Notes: generated by a model from the letters alone, not told the origin. DNA of 64,000 bases from an uncultured Desulfosarcina sp. (GCA_963674945.2 CAXXWQ010000001.1:224001-288000); one strand, 5' to 3'. Numbered from the stretch's first letter, positions 9,879-20,096 are shown. Numbers and translations are program-made.

Positions 9879-12800
9879 TTGGCCATTCGCACACTGATCC
9901 GCCGCTGGTTTGACATCCATGAAGAGGAGATCGGCCTTTTTTTATGGTCCCTGATCCTTTTGTTTCTCGTTCGCAGTTCCGGGATTTTGCTGAACAACTA
10001 CGCCGAAACCACCTTTTTGAAACGGTATGGCGTCGAATACATGCCCATCGTGACCATGATCAACGCCGTGATGACCTTCTTCCTAATGGGCCTGATGACC
10101 GGCTTCATGACCCGGGTGCCCGGTGCCCGGCTTCTTTCCCGTCTCTTCGTCTTCTGCGGATTGTCCGTCGCCGGACTCAGGGCCATTATCCCTTTGGGTA
10201 TCGACCTCATCTATCCGGCCCTGTTCATGCTCAAATCCCAGTATGAAGTGCTGCTTGCCCTGCTGTTCTGGAATCTTGCCAACGATCTGTTCAACACACG
10301 GCAGTCCAAACGTCTTTTTCCCCTGATCACGGCCGGCGGCGTTGTCGGCCAGATTCTGGGCAGTTTCGCAACGCCTGTGGTGGCACGATGGTTTCACCTG
10401 GACAACCTGCTGATCGTCTACGTGGCCACCGCCTTTTCCGGTGCCTGGGCCGTTCATGCAATGGGCAGGCGTTTTCCCACCTTGCTGTTCCAGCAGGAAA
10501 AAGGAGGAGAAGAGAAGAAAAAGACCAATATGGTAGAGGAAATCAAGACATTGCTGCCGCTGATCCGTTCTTCTCTTTTGTTTAAGATTCTAGTGGTGCT
10601 CACTTTCATGCCCAACGTGGTGATCCCCATCATGAATTATCAGTTCAATTTCGCCGTGAACGAGCAGTTCGCCACCGAGTCGGGACTCATCGCCTTCTTC
10701 GGGTATTTTCGCGGTGTGCTCAACATCGTCAGCCTCGTGATTCTCCTGTTCGTGGGCAAGCTCTACGATCGCTTCGGCCTTTCCGTGGCCCTGATGTTTC
10801 ACCCGTTCAATTACCTTCTGGTCTTTCTGACGTTTCTCTTTCGGTTCGATGCCGTGGCGGCCATGTACGCAAGAATGTCATCCAACATCATCCGTACCAC
10901 CATCAACATTCCGGCGACGGCGGTGGTGACCGGACTGTTTCCCGACAGCTACCGTGCACTGGTACGGCCATTTCTCCGGGGCACCGTGGTTCGCATCGGT
11001 CTGTTTTTGGGGTCCGGGCTGATCCTTATTTCCGAAAACCTGTTTCACCCGCGTTACCTTTCTTTGGTGGCCATGCCATTTGTACTGGCCTGGTTGATCA
11101 TGCCTTTCGTGCTGAAACGACGCTATGCAGACATCCTGTTGGATCTGATCGAAGATGACCGAATCGATTTTCGCTTACTGGATGAGGCACAACTGGAGCA
11201 GGTATTCCGGGACAAGGCGGTGCAAGATCGCCTGTTGCAACGATTTATGGCCGAATTCGGAGAAAACCGGCTGTGGTATGCGCGGTTTTTGCAATCCATC
11301 GCCTTTCCCGGTCTCGACACCCACCTATTGAAAGCCATCGGTGAAGAGACGGACAATTCGGTCCGGTTGGGTCTGGTCCGTCTGCTTTCGGACCAGGCGG
11401 GACAGGAGGCCATGGCGGTTTTCGGCCGGTGGATCCAAGAGGCGGAGTCCGACCTGGCCGTTGCCATGATCGATGCCGGTCACCGAATGTCTCCAACGCT
11501 TTTTGCCCCCATGAATCGACAGATATTCGAATCCAAGATGCCCCTTGCGGTGCGCGCCCACGCCGCGGGGGCTCTTTTCGCCGTGGATCCGGAGCGGTTC
11601 GGTCCGATCATCGAAGGCTGGCTTTCGGCCGGGGACAAACAAACCCGACATGCCGGTATCCTCGCCGCCGGTGTCTGTCGGGACAAGCGTTTCGAAACCC
11701 CTTTACAGGGCCTGTTGTCTGCGGATGACCATACGCAGCTGCTTGCCTTGGAAAGCTTGCACGCCCTTGGTGCGACCGGCCTCAACGACCTGGTGGTTCA
11801 TCGCCTCGATGACGCCGATCCGCGAATGCGCCATGACGCATTGGAAGTATTTTCGATTCGGGACGAGACCGATTTGAAGAAGGTCATTTCCCTGTTGGGA
11901 GATCGATCCAATGCGGTCAGGGAACTGGCACGGGAGAAAATTCGGAGTGCCGAATACCAGAACAGTCAGCGACTGATCAAGTCCCTTTCCCTGCCCCGGA
12001 AAAGGGTGCGAGAATCATTGTATGAACTGCTTTCCGATATGTCCATCAAGGATCTGGATGTGTTTCGGTTCGTCGCGTCCCAGGCGCGCGCATGCTACCT
12101 GCTGATCATCCAGGCCGATGCAGTAAAAATACTTGCCGATAGCGGGATCTGCCGGCTCTTGGAAACTCATCTTCAAGAACGGGTCTGGTTCACGCTGCAA
12201 ACCACGATTCGGGTTCTGGCCGTACAAGATCGATCGGGACGGATGAATACCGTTGCCAAGGGGCTCTTCTCGTCAGACAAACGACAGCGGGCCAACAGCC
12301 TGGAAGCCATGGACGATATACTGGATAAGGGGACCTTCCGATTGCTGGTACCGCTTCTGGATGATTCTTCCCCGGTGGACCAGATCCAAGCGGGCCAGCT
12401 GCGTTTCCCCAACGAGTTGAAGATACCGACGCCGTCAGAAGTAATCGACGGTCTTCTGAAGAGCCGGAGCTGGGTCTCCCTGGTTTTGACGCTTGCCATC
12501 ATCGAGGATGGGACGGTAACGCCACCACCGATTGAGCGAATCGATGAACTCGTTGGCCACGAGAATGTCTATGTTTCCCAAACGGCGAAGCGTCTGCAGA
12601 GACGTCTGACACAGCGTTCATTATCACAGGAGCAGGATATGAAGACGGAACCCACGATTGCGCTGACGGATAAGATTCTTTACCTGAGAAAGATCGAAAT
12701 TTTTTCCGACCTTTCCATCAATGAGCTTGCCGCCATCGCTTCAGTTACCGAAGAGGTGGTTTACGAAGAACTGGAGACGGTCTTTCATGAGGGAGAAAAA

Positions 12801-13103
12801 GGCGATACCCTTTTTCTCATCGTCGAGGGTGATGTGTCCGTTCTCAAGGATTTAAAAGGGGACAATCCCTTCGAACTGGACCGCATCGGCGCAGGTGACT
12901 ACTTTGGGGAGATGGCGCTTTTCGGTGACGACCGACGATCCGCCACCATCCAGGTGAGAGAATCCGCCCGATTCCTCACACTCGAAAAACAGGAATTTCA
13001 GGAAATCGTCCGTGAATTCCCGCAGATCGCTCTGCACGTGTGCCGGGTTCTCACCATGCGTATCCGCCACCTGCATGGCAAATTGTCCGAACATACCTGT
13101 TGA
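9879..13103 (+). CDS. NTT/TLC (Npt1-like, MFS) transporter fused to HEAT repeats and a C-terminal cyclic nucleotide-binding domain
   Basis: About 11-12 TM N-terminus with FWNLANDLFNTRQSKRLFPLI motif; helical repeats; C-terminal LFLIVEG.V...GDYFGEMALF..RRSAT; TTG start. Confidence 0.85.
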   Translation: MAIRTLIRRWFDIHEEEIGLFLWSLILLFLVRSSGILLNNYAETTFLKRYGVEYMPIVTMINAVMTFFLMGLMTGFMTRVPGARLLSRLFVFCGLSVAGLRAIIPLGIDLIYPALFMLKSQYEVLLALLFWNLANDLFNTRQSKRLFPLITAGGVVGQILGSFATPVVARWFHLDNLLIVYVATAFSGAWAVHAMGRRFPTLLFQQEKGGEEKKKTNMVEEIKTLLPLIRSSLLFKILVVLTFMPNVVIPIMNYQFNFAVNEQFATESGLIAFFGYFRGVLNIVSLVILLFVGKLYDRFGLSVALMFHPFNYLLVFLTFLFRFDAVAAMYARMSSNIIRTTINIPATAVVTGLFPDSYRALVRPFLRGTVVRIGLFLGSGLILISENLFHPRYLSLVAMPFVLAWLIMPFVLKRRYADILLDLIEDDRIDFRLLDEAQLEQVFRDKAVQDRLLQRFMAEFGENRLWYARFLQSIAFPGLDTHLLKAIGEETDNSVRLGLVRLLSDQAGQEAMAVFGRWIQEAESDLAVAMIDAGHRMSPTLFAPMNRQIFESKMPLAVRAHAAGALFAVDPERFGPIIEGWLSAGDKQTRHAGILAAGVCRDKRFETPLQGLLSADDHTQLLALESLHALGATGLNDLVVHRLDDADPRMRHDALEVFSIRDETDLKKVISLLGDRSNAVRELAREKIRSAEYQNSQRLIKSLSLPRKRVRESLYELLSDMSIKDLDVFRFVASQARACYLLIIQADAVKILADSGICRLLETHLQERVWFTLQTTIRVLAVQDRSGRMNTVAKGLFSSDKRQRANSLEAMDDILDKGTFRLLVPLLDDSSPVDQIQAGQLRFPNELKIPTPSEVIDGLLKSRSWVSLVLTLAIIEDGTVTPPPIERIDELVGHENVYVSQTAKRLQRRLTQRSLSQEQDMKTEPTIALTDKILYLRKIEIFSDLSINELAAIASVTEEVVYEELETVFHEGEKGDTLFLIVEGDVSVLKDLKGDNPFELDRIGAGDYFGEMALFGDDRRSATIQVRESARFLTLEKQEFQEIVREFPQIALHVCRVLTMRIRHLHGKLSEHTC

Positions 13104-13256
13104 TGGTTTCGTAAAAAGTCCGATATCGGCGCCTGCGCTTCGCCCCTCGTCACCGCGACGTATCCAACCATACGCCTCATTGCTTAGGGGCTCGCAATCC
13201 TTGATCTCGGACTTTTTACGAAACCGTCGGAGTTACGGATTTTTAGAAGTTCATCA
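13100..13256. mobile_element. Non-autonomous inverted-repeat element (MITE/REPIN-like), copy 1
   Basis: GATGGTTTCGTAAAAAGTCC...GGACTTTTTACGAAACCGTC terminal inverted repeats plus a degenerate third half-site; similar to 25869-26043 and 62884-63037. Confidence 0.8.
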
Positions 13257-13288
13257 TACCTGTAAAGAATTACAGTGGCGTATAGGGC

Positions 13289-14203
13289 CTAAACTAATTT
13301 AAGCTGTTTTGCCTGCTCCCACAACTTTTTCGCCAGATGGACCGTGGCCTGGTCCACCATGCGCCCATCCACGGCAACGGCCCCCTTTCCCTGGTCCCGG
13401 GCGGCCGCATTGGCGTCCAGGATCCTTTTTGCCTGCTGGATCTGTGTTTCCGTCGGGGAGAAGACCCTGTTGATGATACCGATCTGATCCGGGTGAATGG
13501 CCCACTTTCCGTCACAGCCCAAGGCACACGACATGCTTGCCGAGCGCTCGAGACCGTCGGGGTCCTTGAAGTTGCCGTAGGGTGCGTCGATGGCCATGGC
13601 ATTATTGGCCTTGGCCGCCATTACCATGCGGCTTATGGCGAAATTCCAGCGATGGCCGGGGTAAATGGACTCCTCGTTTTCGCCGTGACCGGAGATGGAG
13701 ACGATCCGGGCACCCACCGAGGCACTGTAGTCGGCGATGCCGAAGACAAGGGTGCGGATTCGCCGGCTGGCCCGAACGATTTCACTCACCCGCTCCATGC
13801 CTTGGGCGGTCTCGATGGAGGCCTCTATACCGATGGGATCGGCCATCCCCTTATCCAGTTCGATGCCGGTCAACAGCCGGTCTACGAAATGGATATCGCC
13901 GGGATCATTCACCTTGGGGATTACCACCGTATCGATCCGGTCCCCTGCCTTGGTGACGATCTGTAAAAGATCCCGGTATCCAAAGGCCGAATCGATGCCA
14001 TTGATGCGAACGGTGATGGTGCGTTCTCCCGCGGGCTGATCCATCAGGGTTCGGATCACCTGGTCCCGGGCATTCTCTTTGGCGTCCAGCGGGACCGAGT
14101 CTTCCAGGTCCAGCATCACCACGTCGGCAGCGCCGGTCATGGCTTTTTGGTGCATCTTTTCGATGTGGCCGGGAACCGAGAGGATCGATCGTCTAGATTT
14201 CAT
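13289..14203 (-). CDS. CitE/HpcH-family CoA-ester lyase (citryl/malyl-CoA lyase-like)
   Basis: RRSILSVPG, MLDLEDSV, VRING, IETAQG, FGIADY, GKWAIHPDQI and DGRMVD motifs. Confidence 0.9.
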   Translation of the reverse strand: MKSRRSILSVPGHIEKMHQKAMTGAADVVMLDLEDSVPLDAKENARDQVIRTLMDQPAGERTITVRINGIDSAFGYRDLLQIVTKAGDRIDTVVIPKVNDPGDIHFVDRLLTGIELDKGMADPIGIEASIETAQGMERVSEIVRASRRIRTLVFGIADYSASVGARIVSISGHGENEESIYPGHRWNFAISRMVMAAKANNAMAIDAPYGNFKDPDGLERSASMSCALGCDGKWAIHPDQIGIINRVFSPTETQIQQAKRILDANAAARDQGKGAVAVDGRMVDQATVHLAKKLWEQAKQLKLV

Positions 14204-14574
14204 GGGACGTCCTTTCCGATTTTCATTTTGAAATTTTTTCTGGGTAACATTGATGCACAATCCGAATCGCAAAGAAAAAATCAGGCTCTCATGGTAACAG
14301 ACAGCCGCAATGTAAGGCCCGCGTCGTCATGGACTGCGGTTTTCATTTTCTAACCATAGTTTTTCTCCGTTTACAATTCAATCACCTTGTTCATATCCTT
14401 GACAATGACCAACGAAACGATTTATCCGTTGTATACCGCTTTGCCTACCTGGTGGGAGACTACGAAATATCAACACAGATTCTTAGCGTCGGGCGTCCAG
14501 ATCGGGCATATGAAATCTTCGCCCATGGATTGAACGAATCACCATCGTCTATTTTTCAAAAAAGGAGGCTGAAA

Positions 14575-15114
14575 ATGGCAACCGCTTCAAAGGAAGAGAG
14601 AAGGGAAAAGGTCGTCGAAGTGTTGAACAAGGCCCGTGCCATGGAGCTTCAGGCCATCATCCAGTATATGAACCAGCACTACAATCTGGATGACATGGAC
14701 TACGGAGAGCTGGCCGCCAAGATCAAACTCATCGCCATCGATGAAATGCGCCACGCCGAGCAGTTTGCCGAGCGGATCAAGGAACTGGGCGGCGAGCCGG
14801 TTTCGGGCCACGACGGCAAAATCGAAAAAGGGCAGGAAGTGGACAAGGTTTTCTCCTTCGACGCCGATCTGGAAGACGACACCATCGATACCTACAACCA
14901 GTTTCTCCTGGTGTGCAGGGAAAACGGCGACAGCATCAGCATGAAGATATTCGAGCAGATCATCGACGAAGAGCAGATCCACTTCAACTATTTCGACAAC
15001 GTAGACGGCCACATCAAGAAACTCGGCGACACCTTCCTGGCAAAGATCGCCGGCACTTCATCTGCGACCGGATTGGGGAACAGCGGGTTTGTCGTAAGTG
15101 GTGAAGGCGAATAA
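14575..15114 (+). CDS. bfr: Bacterioferritin
   Basis: RBS aggagg; ferroxidase motifs ELQAIIQY, DEMRHAE, DLEDDT and DEEQIH; heme-ligand Met in DEMRH. Confidence 0.88.
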   Translation: MATASKEERREKVVEVLNKARAMELQAIIQYMNQHYNLDDMDYGELAAKIKLIAIDEMRHAEQFAERIKELGGEPVSGHDGKIEKGQEVDKVFSFDADLEDDTIDTYNQFLLVCRENGDSISMKIFEQIIDEEQIHFNYFDNVDGHIKKLGDTFLAKIAGTSSATGLGNSGFVVSGEGE

Positions 15115-15417
15115 ACCAGAAAAGATACCTGGGAGAACAAAAGGCGGATCCGGATTCCGGCCAAGGGGCGTATCGACCGGGTGAAGCGGCGACCGAAGAC
15201 GGTTGATTCACGGCGGTTCAAAACGCCCCACGGCTGTTTCAACGATCTTACGGAAAGCAGGGCACGGGCATGGGTCTGGTGACAGTGTACGGCACCGTGA
15301 AGCAGGCATGGAGAAAATATCTGGGTTGAAAGTAAGCAGGGAGAGGGCTCCGCTTTCGATTCAGCGTGAAGGCATTGCCTGCTAAAGTGAGAGAGGTGTT
15401 GGATACATCGTGACCCG

Positions 15418-15978
15418 TCAGTTTTCCACGAGTATTGCCAGTTTCATGAGTCGGGAGCTTAGTTTCACCCCCTGCCGGTCCACAGTTTTCGGATTGATCT
15501 CAAAATGAAATCGATCGTTCTTCTTGAAGATGTTGACGGCGCCGCCGTGCCGGATGAAATCCGGTTTTTCGCCGATGGTTAAAATCGCTTTTCCCTTGGC
15601 GGCCTCCAATGCCTGGGCCAGTTGGGCGGCATCCACCATTCGGCCAAAAAATATCATATGGACAGTATCGGCCGATTCCGTAAATCGAACCACCAGCTTT
15701 CGCTTGCCGACGTGTTTTTGATGGATCCCGGCAAATGCTTTCCGGATGGTTTCGTCTCCGAATACCAAAAGCTCGATGGGAGACGACGGTTCGACGAAGG
15801 CATCATCCGGCCAGGTGGTGTAACGGGCGAAATTGTAAGTGAAGGCGGCCTTGATCTTCTCTTCCGACAGATCGTCGGCCCATGCGTTGCTCATCGTCCA
15901 AATCACCAACAATGAAAACAGGCACAAAGACCCGTAGGCCCGGTAGCGTATGGTATTTGTCTGACGGTTTTGTCGCAT
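15418..15978 (-). CDS. YfiR-family (DUF4154) periplasmic protein
   Basis: KIKAAFTYNFARYTTWP, ILTIGE..F...GG, FEIN and LSSRLMKLA motifs. Confidence 0.88.
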   Translation of the reverse strand: MRQNRQTNTIRYRAYGSLCLFSLLVIWTMSNAWADDLSEEKIKAAFTYNFARYTTWPDDAFVEPSSPIELLVFGDETIRKAFAGIHQKHVGKRKLVVRFTESADTVHMIFFGRMVDAAQLAQALEAAKGKAILTIGEKPDFIRHGGAVNIFKKNDRFHFEINPKTVDRQGVKLSSRLMKLAILVEN

Positions 15979-15982
15979 GGCC

Positions 15983-17995
15983 TTAAAATGCAAAGGTGAT
16001 TTTTCCGTACACCGCTCGCTGGATCTCGGTGGGAGGGGAATACATCTCTTGCACCGACTCCATGTGATGCGGTGAAAAGAGATTCTGACCCACCAGGGAG
16101 ATCTCCACCAAGGGAACGGGGCGCCAGGCCAGACGAACATCGGCGGTCCAATAATCGCCGATGTAGTAAACAAATTCCGGCTCATCTGAGCGCATCGTGG
16201 TTGCCTCGTCCATGTATCGAAGCCAAAGATCCAGTTCCAGATCGTCTATGATCGTGTACGCCGAACGAAAAGAGAGCTGATGCCGGGGTGCGACGCCCGC
16301 CTGCAGTCCCTGTTCGAAATTGCTCATCAGGTACGTGTATGAGAGATCCAGCTTCATTTCATCGAATGGTCGCCATGCGACGGCCAGTTCCGCACCGTAG
16401 GCCCGGGTTGTGAACTCGTTGGTAAAATTGACCGGAATTACAATGTAGGTTTCTTCCAGTTTCGGAGTGTCCTGTTCGGACATTCGTAACCAATCATAAT
16501 CATTATAGAAAATGGCAATATCGAGGGAAAATGCCGGTTCCGGTAAGAAACGGTAGCCAACTTCGTAAGCGACCAATTGCTCCGAATCGAAATCTTTGTT
16601 GCCCAACACCCTGCCTTCCGCCGGCGGTAATTGTTCATCGGCGAGACGCAGCACCGCGGTGGCGAAATCGCCATCGGTTTCCATACGGGATGGTGTGCGC
16701 ACCGCCCGTGAGACGGCGGCCCACAACCTGTTCCGGTCATCTACGGCCCACAGCAGCCGGACACCGGGTTGCACCTCTGTCCCGGAATAGTCGTTGTGTT
16801 CGATCTTCGATCCCACCGTGAGCCACAGCCGATTCCGCATCATGGCAATTTCGTCCTGTACAAAGGCGCTGAAGAGGTTGTCCCATCGGCTGTCCGGTTC
16901 TACGATCACGGTCGGCGTGATGTCGAACTTGTCATGGGAGCCGCGGTACCGAAGGCCCCATATCATATCATGATTGCGGCCTGCCGCCAGATGATGCTGA
17001 AAATCCAGGTCGATGATATCGTACTGCTGACGGAAGAACGCCTCCTCCCGTACAAACCGGTCATAGTAGGCCTGTAGCGTCACATCCGATTTGAAGGAGA
17101 TGCTTCGCTGCCAGCGTGCCAGCAGGTTTCCGCCTGCAACATCGGCGTCGTCGTGGACCACCTGCGCGGGTGGAGCGGCCACCGACGGCACTGCCAGCGT
17201 CTGTTGAATATCCCCCTCGTAGATATCCCCCTGGACGGTCAGTGTGTCGGCCTCCGCCAGCTGGCTGTCCCAGCGAAAACCGCCCTGGCGCATGCCCCAT
17301 TCATCGCCGGCATCGGCACCGTTTTCGAGTTCGTATTCGTTCCTTTCGAATCCTTTGGCATAGACGCGCCCGTGGCCGTCATTGCCCCATTTACCACCGT
17401 ATCGGACGCCGGCAAAGGCCTTCTCGAAACTTCCACCGCCGATGGTAACCAGGCCCCCTTGTGTGTCTTTGGCCGATTTCGTGATGATGTTGATCACTCC
17501 GTTGACCGCGTTGGCGCCCCACAAGGTGGCGCCGGGTCCCCGGATCACTTCGATGCGCTGAACATCTTCCAGCATCACGTCCTGTACTTCCCAATAGACG
17601 CCGGAATAGGAAGGCGTATATACGCTGCGACCATCGATGAGCACCAGCAGCTTATCGGAAAACCGGGAGTGGGGGCCGCGGCTGTTTACCGCCCATTTGT
17701 TGGCGTCGATGCGGGCCACGGTGAGGCCGGGCACCATCCGCAGGGCGTCGGGCACATTGGTCACCCCCGATCGCCGCAAATCGTCGCCGGTGATGACGAA
17801 GATTGCCGCCGCGCTTTCGGAAAGTGGCTTGGCCTTCTTGGTGACCGAAGTCACTTCGATTTCCATCAACTCCTCAAGGCTCATTTCGGTCAGATCGATA
17901 TTGACGGCGCCAACATTCCGGCTTGGGTTGTACAATGCCAGAAAGACAAAAAGAAATAACCACAGGAAGCTTTGTTTGTGGATTCTTTTTGTCAT
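15983..17995 (-). CDS. TonB-dependent outer-membrane receptor
   Basis: MSLEELMEIEVTSV, plug motifs LVLIDGR and RIEVIRGPGATLWGANAVNGVINIITK; C-terminal Phe. Confidence 0.92.
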   Translation of the reverse strand: MTKRIHKQSFLWLFLFVFLALYNPSRNVGAVNIDLTEMSLEELMEIEVTSVTKKAKPLSESAAAIFVITGDDLRRSGVTNVPDALRMVPGLTVARIDANKWAVNSRGPHSRFSDKLLVLIDGRSVYTPSYSGVYWEVQDVMLEDVQRIEVIRGPGATLWGANAVNGVINIITKSAKDTQGGLVTIGGGSFEKAFAGVRYGGKWGNDGHGRVYAKGFERNEYELENGADAGDEWGMRQGGFRWDSQLAEADTLTVQGDIYEGDIQQTLAVPSVAAPPAQVVHDDADVAGGNLLARWQRSISFKSDVTLQAYYDRFVREEAFFRQQYDIIDLDFQHHLAAGRNHDMIWGLRYRGSHDKFDITPTVIVEPDSRWDNLFSAFVQDEIAMMRNRLWLTVGSKIEHNDYSGTEVQPGVRLLWAVDDRNRLWAAVSRAVRTPSRMETDGDFATAVLRLADEQLPPAEGRVLGNKDFDSEQLVAYEVGYRFLPEPAFSLDIAIFYNDYDWLRMSEQDTPKLEETYIVIPVNFTNEFTTRAYGAELAVAWRPFDEMKLDLSYTYLMSNFEQGLQAGVAPRHQLSFRSAYTIIDDLELDLWLRYMDEATTMRSDEPEFVYYIGDYWTADVRLAWRPVPLVEISLVGQNLFSPHHMESVQEMYSPPTEIQRAVYGKITFAF

Positions 17996-18271
17996 CGAGT
18001 ACCTTTCAGATCTGTTCTGGATTCGTATTCAAGTGGACCTTTTCGCTCATTTGTGCACAGGTATCGGACAGTTCATAAATCGGTTCTCATGGATATTTCT
18101 TTATCATTTTTGTAATTTCGTGAGGATGAACGCGGTTAAGAAATAATTCCATCGCAATGGCGGTTTTTGGCCATGGGCGACAGCGGTGATGGGTGATGGA
18201 TCATCGGCGAGGGCTTTCAGGCGGTATTGGGTTTGAAAAATGAAAACAGCGTTCCACCCGACAATACCGGT

Positions 18272-18925
18272 TTAAAAGCCCATCTCCTCGTTAATCAGGA
18301 TCACCTTGATCCGGTGCTTGGGAAAGCTCTTTTCCGTTATCGTCCAGGTGTTGCATATGCGGTCCGGGCTGCTGCAATCTTCGCATCGTCCGGTCTGCCC
18401 GCAGGGGCTCTTCTTGTCCAGGCGCATCACATTGACCGGAGCCACGTAGTTTTTTATCCGTGCGAAAGCTTTGTTAAGATCCGGAACGATTTTATTTCGC
18501 CCCACCAGGACCAGCACCTGCTTGGGGCCGAAGGTCAATGCGCCCACCCGGTTACCGATCATATCCAGGTTGACCAGTTGGCCGGCTTCGGTGATGGCAT
18601 TGGTTCCTGTAATGAAAAGGTCCACCAGAAGGGCTTCCCGCCGTCGCTGGAGGCTTTGTTCCGGCGGAAGGTGCTTGTCGAAGGTATCCAGCACCGTGTA
18701 TGTGGCGTCATTTTTCAGCGCCTCGTAAAGGCGGGTGCCGACAAAGGTCATGGATCCACCCCAACTGATGGTCTTGGGGGCGACGGCCGGGATGATGGTC
18801 TCGTGGGCGATTTTTTTTGCCTGGTCCTTATTATCGGCCAAATAGACTTCGAATCGATTGGCCTCCAGCGCTTTCTTCGTCTGCTGCAGCCGAATATCCC
18901 AGAAATTACCAATGGGATTGTCCAT
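18272..18925 (-). CDS. LUD-domain (LutC/YkgG-like) protein with a C-terminal Cys cluster
   Basis: GGSMT, TGTNAITEAGQLVNLD.IGNRV, GRNKIV and PCGQTGRCEDCSSPDRIC motifs. Confidence 0.87.
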   Translation of the reverse strand: MDNPIGNFWDIRLQQTKKALEANRFEVYLADNKDQAKKIAHETIIPAVAPKTISWGGSMTFVGTRLYEALKNDATYTVLDTFDKHLPPEQSLQRRREALLVDLFITGTNAITEAGQLVNLDMIGNRVGALTFGPKQVLVLVGRNKIVPDLNKAFARIKNYVAPVNVMRLDKKSPCGQTGRCEDCSSPDRICNTWTITEKSFPKHRIKVILINEEMGF

Positions 18926-19212
18926 TTTTTCCTCCTTTCCGTGAAGTTTGCTGAAGGCGTTTTTATCTTTCTTATGGTAGCACGTCAAGGTATTAAACCG
19001 GCAGTTAACTATCTCCGCTTCCAGCTGTCGGTTTTTCTCGAAACTACGGCCTATGCGGGTTTGTCATAATAAGGTTCGGAAACGGTTGCGCTATTTTGTT
19101 GCCGGTTTACGATGTAGGCTGGCAAAACCGAAATCCTGACGATTGGTGCCCTATCGGAGACGCAGGATACCGCTTTACCGCTATGGCGCCTCAATTGGTA
19201 AAAGGCGATACT

Positions 19213-20079
19213 GTGGATTGGCTCTCTCTTTCCCTGCTTTGTGCATTTTTCGTGGCAACGGTGGATGCACTCACCAAACGGTATTACAAGGAACAATCCC
19301 CCTTTGCCATGGGACGAACCCGCTACCTTTTTGCCCTGCCGTGGCTGGTGATCGCCCTGTTCTTTATTCCCATGGTCCGACCGGACGGGGTGTTTTACCT
19401 CTGTCTGGCAGTTGGTTTGCCATTGGAGGCGCTGGCCCTTTATTGCTACATGAAGGCGATTCGGTCTTCTCCCCTTTCCCTCTGTCTTCCCTTTTTCGCC
19501 TTCACCCCTGTCTTCATCTTGCTTACGGGAAAAGTCATGCTAGGGGAAACAGTGGGTGTGGGGGGAGCTGTCGGCATCGTGCTGATCGTGATCGGATCTT
19601 ACGTGATCAACCTGTCCAAAATCGAGACAGGACTTTTTTCCCCCATACGGGAGATATTTCACCAGCAAGGGTCAAGGCTCATCCTCACCACCGCCTTTTT
19701 GTATTCCATTACCTCGGTAATCGGGAAGACGGCGGTTTTGCATTCCAATCCCTATTTTTTTGCCGTCGTCTATTTCTTGGCATTATCGCTGATGATGGTG
19801 TTGCCAGGACCTTGGCTGGGGGAAAAAAAGGGGAAGCGGAAACCCGGACCTATGTTGCCCGGCCTTCTCATCGGCATGATGATGGCGATGATGATATTCA
19901 CCCACATGCTGGCCATCTCGAAGATCCAGGTCGCCTATATGATCGCCATCAAACGGACCAGTCTTTTGTTCGGTGCGGCCTATGGCATCTTCTGGTTCAA
20001 GGAGGAAAGGGGGATGCTTCGGCTCACCGGTGCCGCCATCATGCTGGTCGGGGCCATCTTCGTGGGCTGGGCCGGATAA
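19213..20079 (+). CDS. EamA/DMT-family transporter
   Basis: About 10 TM helices in two EamA repeats (KAIRSSPLSLC.P; LGE; FKE); GTG start inferred. Confidence 0.85.
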   Translation: MDWLSLSLLCAFFVATVDALTKRYYKEQSPFAMGRTRYLFALPWLVIALFFIPMVRPDGVFYLCLAVGLPLEALALYCYMKAIRSSPLSLCLPFFAFTPVFILLTGKVMLGETVGVGGAVGIVLIVIGSYVINLSKIETGLFSPIREIFHQQGSRLILTTAFLYSITSVIGKTAVLHSNPYFFAVVYFLALSLMMVLPGPWLGEKKGKRKPGPMLPGLLIGMMMAMMIFTHMLAISKIQVAYMIAIKRTSLLFGAAYGIFWFKEERGMLRLTGAAIMLVGAIFVGWAG

Positions 20080-20096
20080 AAAAGAATCGATAGTGG

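Noticed and set aside
13100..13256. Repeats as a CRISPR array or integron attC sites
   Set aside because: The copies are kilobases apart with no repeat-spacer periodicity, no cas or integrase gene is present, and they lack RYYYAAC/GTTRRRY ends.
14329..14574. Extended N-termini from the ORF track (bfr; also yfiR, DUF192, fumarase, MCP, hutH, LRR)
   Set aside because: Downstream ATGs with an RBS and/or family-typical N-termini fit better.
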